Below are positions 60,669-64,000 of a stretch of DNA of 64,000 bases, piece by piece. The DNA is from Acidimicrobiia bacterium (lineage in GTDB: Bacteria > Actinomycetota > Acidimicrobiia > Spongiisociales > Spongiisociaceae): contig JBFGLM010000019.1 in NCBI GenBank assembly GCA_041576165.1, positions 1 through 64,000 on the forward strand, written 5' to 3'. Each line of letters begins with the position of its first letter. Within the stretch, counting starts at the first letter, position 1. The notes under the pieces were generated by a model. That model did no database searches. It had not been told where the DNA came from and saw only the letters and a list, made by a program, of their open reading frames with translations. Both the position numbers and the translations under genes were made by a program.

Positions 60669-63064
60669 ATCCGCAGTCCTGCAGTTGTGAAAGCAAACGC
60701 TCGCTTGATGCGCCGCCCCAGCGCGACCCTGGCCGCGACGATCCAAATTCCCGTCATGCCGGCCATCGCCCATCCCCAATCGTGGCCGATCGCTCCCACA
60801 CTTGTTCCGGTGACCAATGAAGCTAGGGCGAACCAGCGCAGCCAGTACGAGACCCGCAGGCGCGGCTCCCACTGCCATACGACGGCCGTAGTGAGTCGCG
60901 CAGACACGACCGGGCCGCGACGAACCGCCAGATCCCACGAGGCGCCCGGCGGCCCTGGTCGAACCGAGCAACCGGAACGCTCGAGCGCTACGCGGAAGTC
61001 GTCGATCCATCTCAGCCGGTCGCCAACCCATGCCGGCACCGCTGGGGTAGTCGTGGCCTCGAGTGTTGGGCCCCACAGCCGTCCCCACGCTCGCGCCAGC
61101 GGCTGCATCACGTGGAGAAGGCCAACCAGTGCGCGCAGCCGGACCCGGTGCGGCTCACTCTCCGGGAGTTCGGTGGACAGGGCGATGGCCAACCCGAATG
61201 CACCCACCAGCCCGATCAGCGCCAGCGGCAGAATCAGCCACAGCGCCGACATCGCAGCCATGGCCAAACCCAGCACCATGGCCGGCACGACCAGCGGCAT
61301 GAGTGCGGTCATCCATGCCGATATGGCCTGCGACCGTCTACGGGCGATGGGCTGGAACGGCGCCGATCCCATCCATCCCGTGTACACGACCGGCCGCACC
61401 AGATATGGCAACAGGCGGCTGCTCCGGTACAGCACTCCGGACCATCGAGCTTGACCTAACCCGTTGAACCGATGCGGGTGGACGGATGCAAGCATCCGCT
61501 CTGCTCGTCCGTAGCCGAGCTGTTGTTTCAGGTAACCCGCGATCGTGTCACGACGGTGATGACGCACCTGGGCAGCCGGAGCGAAGCCAATCTGGTGACC
61601 CCGATCGAGGAGCTTCCAGCAGACATCCACATCGTCACCGGCGGATGTGAAAGCCGGGTTGAATCCTCCGACCTCGCGCAGGGCCTTCGCCTCGAAGGCC
61701 ATGTTGCAGCCGGGAACGTGCTCCGCGCGATCCGCTGTGATCAGAACCTCTGCTGCGGTGCCCGGCGACAAACCAACCGCTCGTTCCACGAATCCGGCAT
61801 TTTCGAATGGCAGATTGGGACCACCGGTTGCCGCCACCTCGGGATCCTCGAGCGTCAGAACCAGGTGATACGGCCAGTCGGGATGGCAGGCAGCGTCGGC
61901 GTCGAGGTACGCGACGATCTGACCGCTGGCGGCCTCGAGGCCGGCGTTGCGTGCTGCGGACAGGCCCATCGGCGGGAGCTCGAGGATCCGGAAAGGGAAC
62001 TGCTTGGCTATCTCGAGGGTTCGGTCTTGGGAGCCATCGTCGCACACGATGACTTCGAGTTCCGGGTACGTGGTACGGGTGAGGGAGGTGAGGCACGCAC
62101 CGATGTATTCCTCTTCGTCCCGAGCGCAGACGATGACTGAGACCGGCGGCCACTCCTGTCGGAGACCGGCGGGAACTTCGGCGCTTCCCCACGCCTGCAC
62201 GACGTTCAAAGCTGGTTTGGGCCTGCGATTGGCATCTGTGATACCGAAACCCCAACCTTCGACCGCCTGGTCGTTGACCGCCCAGTCATCCGTCCAAGCG
62301 AAGATCGTTCCGCCGGCGCTGCCGGTCTCATCGAGGATCATGACTTGGTGTTCCAGCGACTCGGCTTGCGCGACGTAGCCGTGGATTTCGCTGGCTAGTC
62401 CAAACTCTGTGACGAGGAGCGGCCTGCCTCCGGCCACGACCTGCAGGTGCTGCATGTACCGGCGCAGCGCGGCCGGCCGTTCGAGGAACACGTTGAACGC
62501 AACGAAATCCTGTCCGGCCGGTTCCAAATACTCGGTCGTCGGATAGTTGACGTAGGTCGCCAGCATCTCCGGGTCAGCGTCGCGGATCTCGGCGATCAGA
62601 GCGGAGAGCGTGTGCTCGACTGCGCCTGCTCCATGCAGTCGGACGAGGTCGACCGGGATCTCATTGGCCACGGCTATCCCGAGAACGGTGCTGTTGCCGG
62701 CCGCAACGTTCATGGCTTCGTCGACAGCTCTCCGACCGGCATCGAGGATCCGACGCCGCGCCCGCCGCCCGTGATGCGGCTCTGTGCGCCAGTCGTGGTA
62801 GTCGAGACCGATCAGCAATCGGAGTTCTAATTCACCGGCTATTTCGATCATGTCCGGCGGAGGGACGAGATAGGTCCGCACCGTATTGAGACCGACGTCG
62901 GCGATGGTCAGCAGGTCCTCTTTGATTTGGGCCCGGTCGGGAAACTTCCAGCCGTCGACTCGTGTCGCGAAGCTGCCGTAGGTGACACCGCGCGTGCGAA
63001 ACGGCTCACCGTTTGCCCGGAAGAAAGCACCGTCGACCGCAATGCGGTCGTTCGCCAAACCCAT
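60665..63064 (-). CDS. Fusion of a clan-A glycoside-hydrolase-like TIM barrel, GT2 glycosyltransferase and C-terminal TM region
   Basis: NTVRTY, ANEIP, TEFG, FAWTD (GH-like); CDDGSQD, LDADA, PGCNMAF, GDDVD, QQ.GY (GT2). Confidence 0.85.
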   Translation of the reverse strand: MGLANDRIAVDGAFFRANGEPFRTRGVTYGSFATRVDGWKFPDRAQIKEDLLTIADVGLNTVRTYLVPPPDMIEIAGELELRLLIGLDYHDWRTEPHHGRRARRRILDAGRRAVDEAMNVAAGNSTVLGIAVANEIPVDLVRLHGAGAVEHTLSALIAEIRDADPEMLATYVNYPTTEYLEPAGQDFVAFNVFLERPAALRRYMQHLQVVAGGRPLLVTEFGLASEIHGYVAQAESLEHQVMILDETGSAGGTIFAWTDDWAVNDQAVEGWGFGITDANRRPKPALNVVQAWGSAEVPAGLRQEWPPVSVIVCARDEEEYIGACLTSLTRTTYPELEVIVCDDGSQDRTLEIAKQFPFRILELPPMGLSAARNAGLEAASGQIVAYLDADAACHPDWPYHLVLTLEDPEVAATGGPNLPFENAGFVERAVGLSPGTAAEVLITADRAEHVPGCNMAFEAKALREVGGFNPAFTSAGDDVDVCWKLLDRGHQIGFAPAAQVRHHRRDTIAGYLKQQLGYGRAERMLASVHPHRFNGLGQARWSGVLYRSSRLLPYLVRPVVYTGWMGSAPFQPIARRRSQAISAWMTALMPLVVPAMVLGLAMAAMSALWLILPLALIGLVGAFGLAIALSTELPESEPHRVRLRALVGLLHVMQPLARAWGRLWGPTLEATTTPAVPAWVGDRLRWIDDFRVALERSGCSVRPGPPGASWDLAVRRGPVVSARLTTAVVWQWEPRLRVSYWLRWFALASLVTGTSVGAIGHDWGWAMAGMTGIWIVAARVALGRRIKRAFAFTTAGLRM

Positions 63065-63336
63065 GGGTACCCTTCCCCGGCTGGAGCTGTGTCGAGAACA
63101 GCTCCGCGCCACTCAGAGACAATAGTCCTAATTCGGTCACTCTGCCCGCTGGATCGGCGCTCGAGGTCAGCGGCTGAGGCCCTTTTTGATTGATCGGTTG
63201 CTGGTACGAGACGGCGGCCCAAATATTGTCCGCGGTCCGGGCGGTCGGAGTGCGCTGCCAGCTGCTGGGCATCGAGCTGACTCATGATCCAGTCACCGGT
63301 TTGGCGGCCACCCGGTTTGATCGCCATGCCGGAGGC

Positions 63337-63640
63337 GTGAGTTCAGACTGTTCGTTCAATCGGCTCCTCGGCACCGGATTCCGGCGACGATCGAGGGCTT
63401 TCGGGCGTGGTTCAACGAGTTCCCCTCGAACTTCCCAGATGCGGTGTGGTCGATAGACGACTGCCTACGGCGACCGGGTGGCGCGCCAACAGACGTTCAC
63501 CGCCACCCACGCCCCCACCGGCAGGAGGGTGAAGGCCGGCGCGGTGGGCATCGCCCGGCTCGAGACGGGAAGGTCGTCGAATATTGGGGCGTGTTCGACG
63601 AAAGGCCCTGGAGCACCAGCTTGCCGACAGCGAGCCCGCG
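63337..63640 (+). pseudogene. Degraded SnoaL-like ester cyclase gene
   Basis: Fragments in shifting frames: IEGFRAWFNEF..NFPDAVWSIDD / GDRVARQQTFTATH.PTGRRV / DGKVVEYWGVFD. Ends approximate. Confidence 0.65.
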
Positions 63641-63818
63641 GCGGTCTGAGGGCGGGCGGCTACGACGGCCCTTCGGATGGCTTCCAGAACATCCGGGCTG
63701 GGGGACGGAGCTTGGGTGAGAACTCCCCGTCGACCGGCCCGCCGAGCGCGGTTGAGATCCGCAACCAGCGTGGCGGCGCGGCACAGTGCAGCGGGGCGCC
63801 GGACTGATACTGAGCGCG

Positions 63819-63848
63819 GAGGAGCCCCGGCGACGACCGGGGCTCCTC
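63819..63848. terminator. 12-bp perfect hairpin
   Basis: GAGGAGCCCCGG-cgacga-CCGGGGCTCCTC just downstream of the CHRD gene stop. Confidence 0.7.
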
Positions 63849-63862
63849 TCTGTCCAGCTTTG

Positions 63863-64000
63863 CTACTTGATCTGACCGCGGGTTTCCCCGGGCGGGTTGG
63901 CCGGCGTGTGCACGTTCACGTAGAGCAGCCCAGCGTTGGCGTCTGCGATGAACGCAGGGTACGCGGCCATCGGGAACGAACCCGAGAACACCGTGGTCTT
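63863..64000 (-). CDS. CHRD domain-containing protein (C-terminal fragment)
   Basis: Minus strand reads ...ANAGLLYVNVHTPANPPGETRGQIK*, the CHRD C-terminal signature. Confidence 0.85.
   Translation of the reverse strand, partial: KTTVFSGSFPMAAYPAFIADANAGLLYVNVHTPANPPGETRGQIK

Overview
High-GC actinobacterial chromosome, probably Acidimicrobiia-like (inferred from gene content), just downstream of the replication origin: recF(partial)-dciA/DUF721-gyrB-gyrA followed by two DUF3566 genes. Accessory modules follow: a cobalamin-riboswitch-controlled Btu-type ABC importer; an ECF sigma/zinc anti-sigma/MscS/VWA-lipoprotein module; an HDOD/GAF-kinase/degenerate-HD signalling operon; a pair of AhpD/CMD genes, the first apparently a selenoprotein (in-frame UGA in a CxxU motif with a SECIS-like hairpin); a gmd-colD-colC-like deoxysugar cluster linked to a DPM1-like GT2 and a GT-C membrane transferase; a hemerythrin-fused P1B ATPase; a compact sugar-phosphate (RpiB/DeoC/AldDH) bacterial microcompartment locus with Haliangium-type shell genes, bracketed by two universal stress proteins; and a GH-GT2 fusion/ABC exporter/two-phosphotransferase operon. 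Several genes in the right third carry frameshifts or a premature stop (decay or assembly error). No CRISPR array, IS element, tRNA or rRNA was recognised. All assignments come from reading motifs by eye; no database searches were run.
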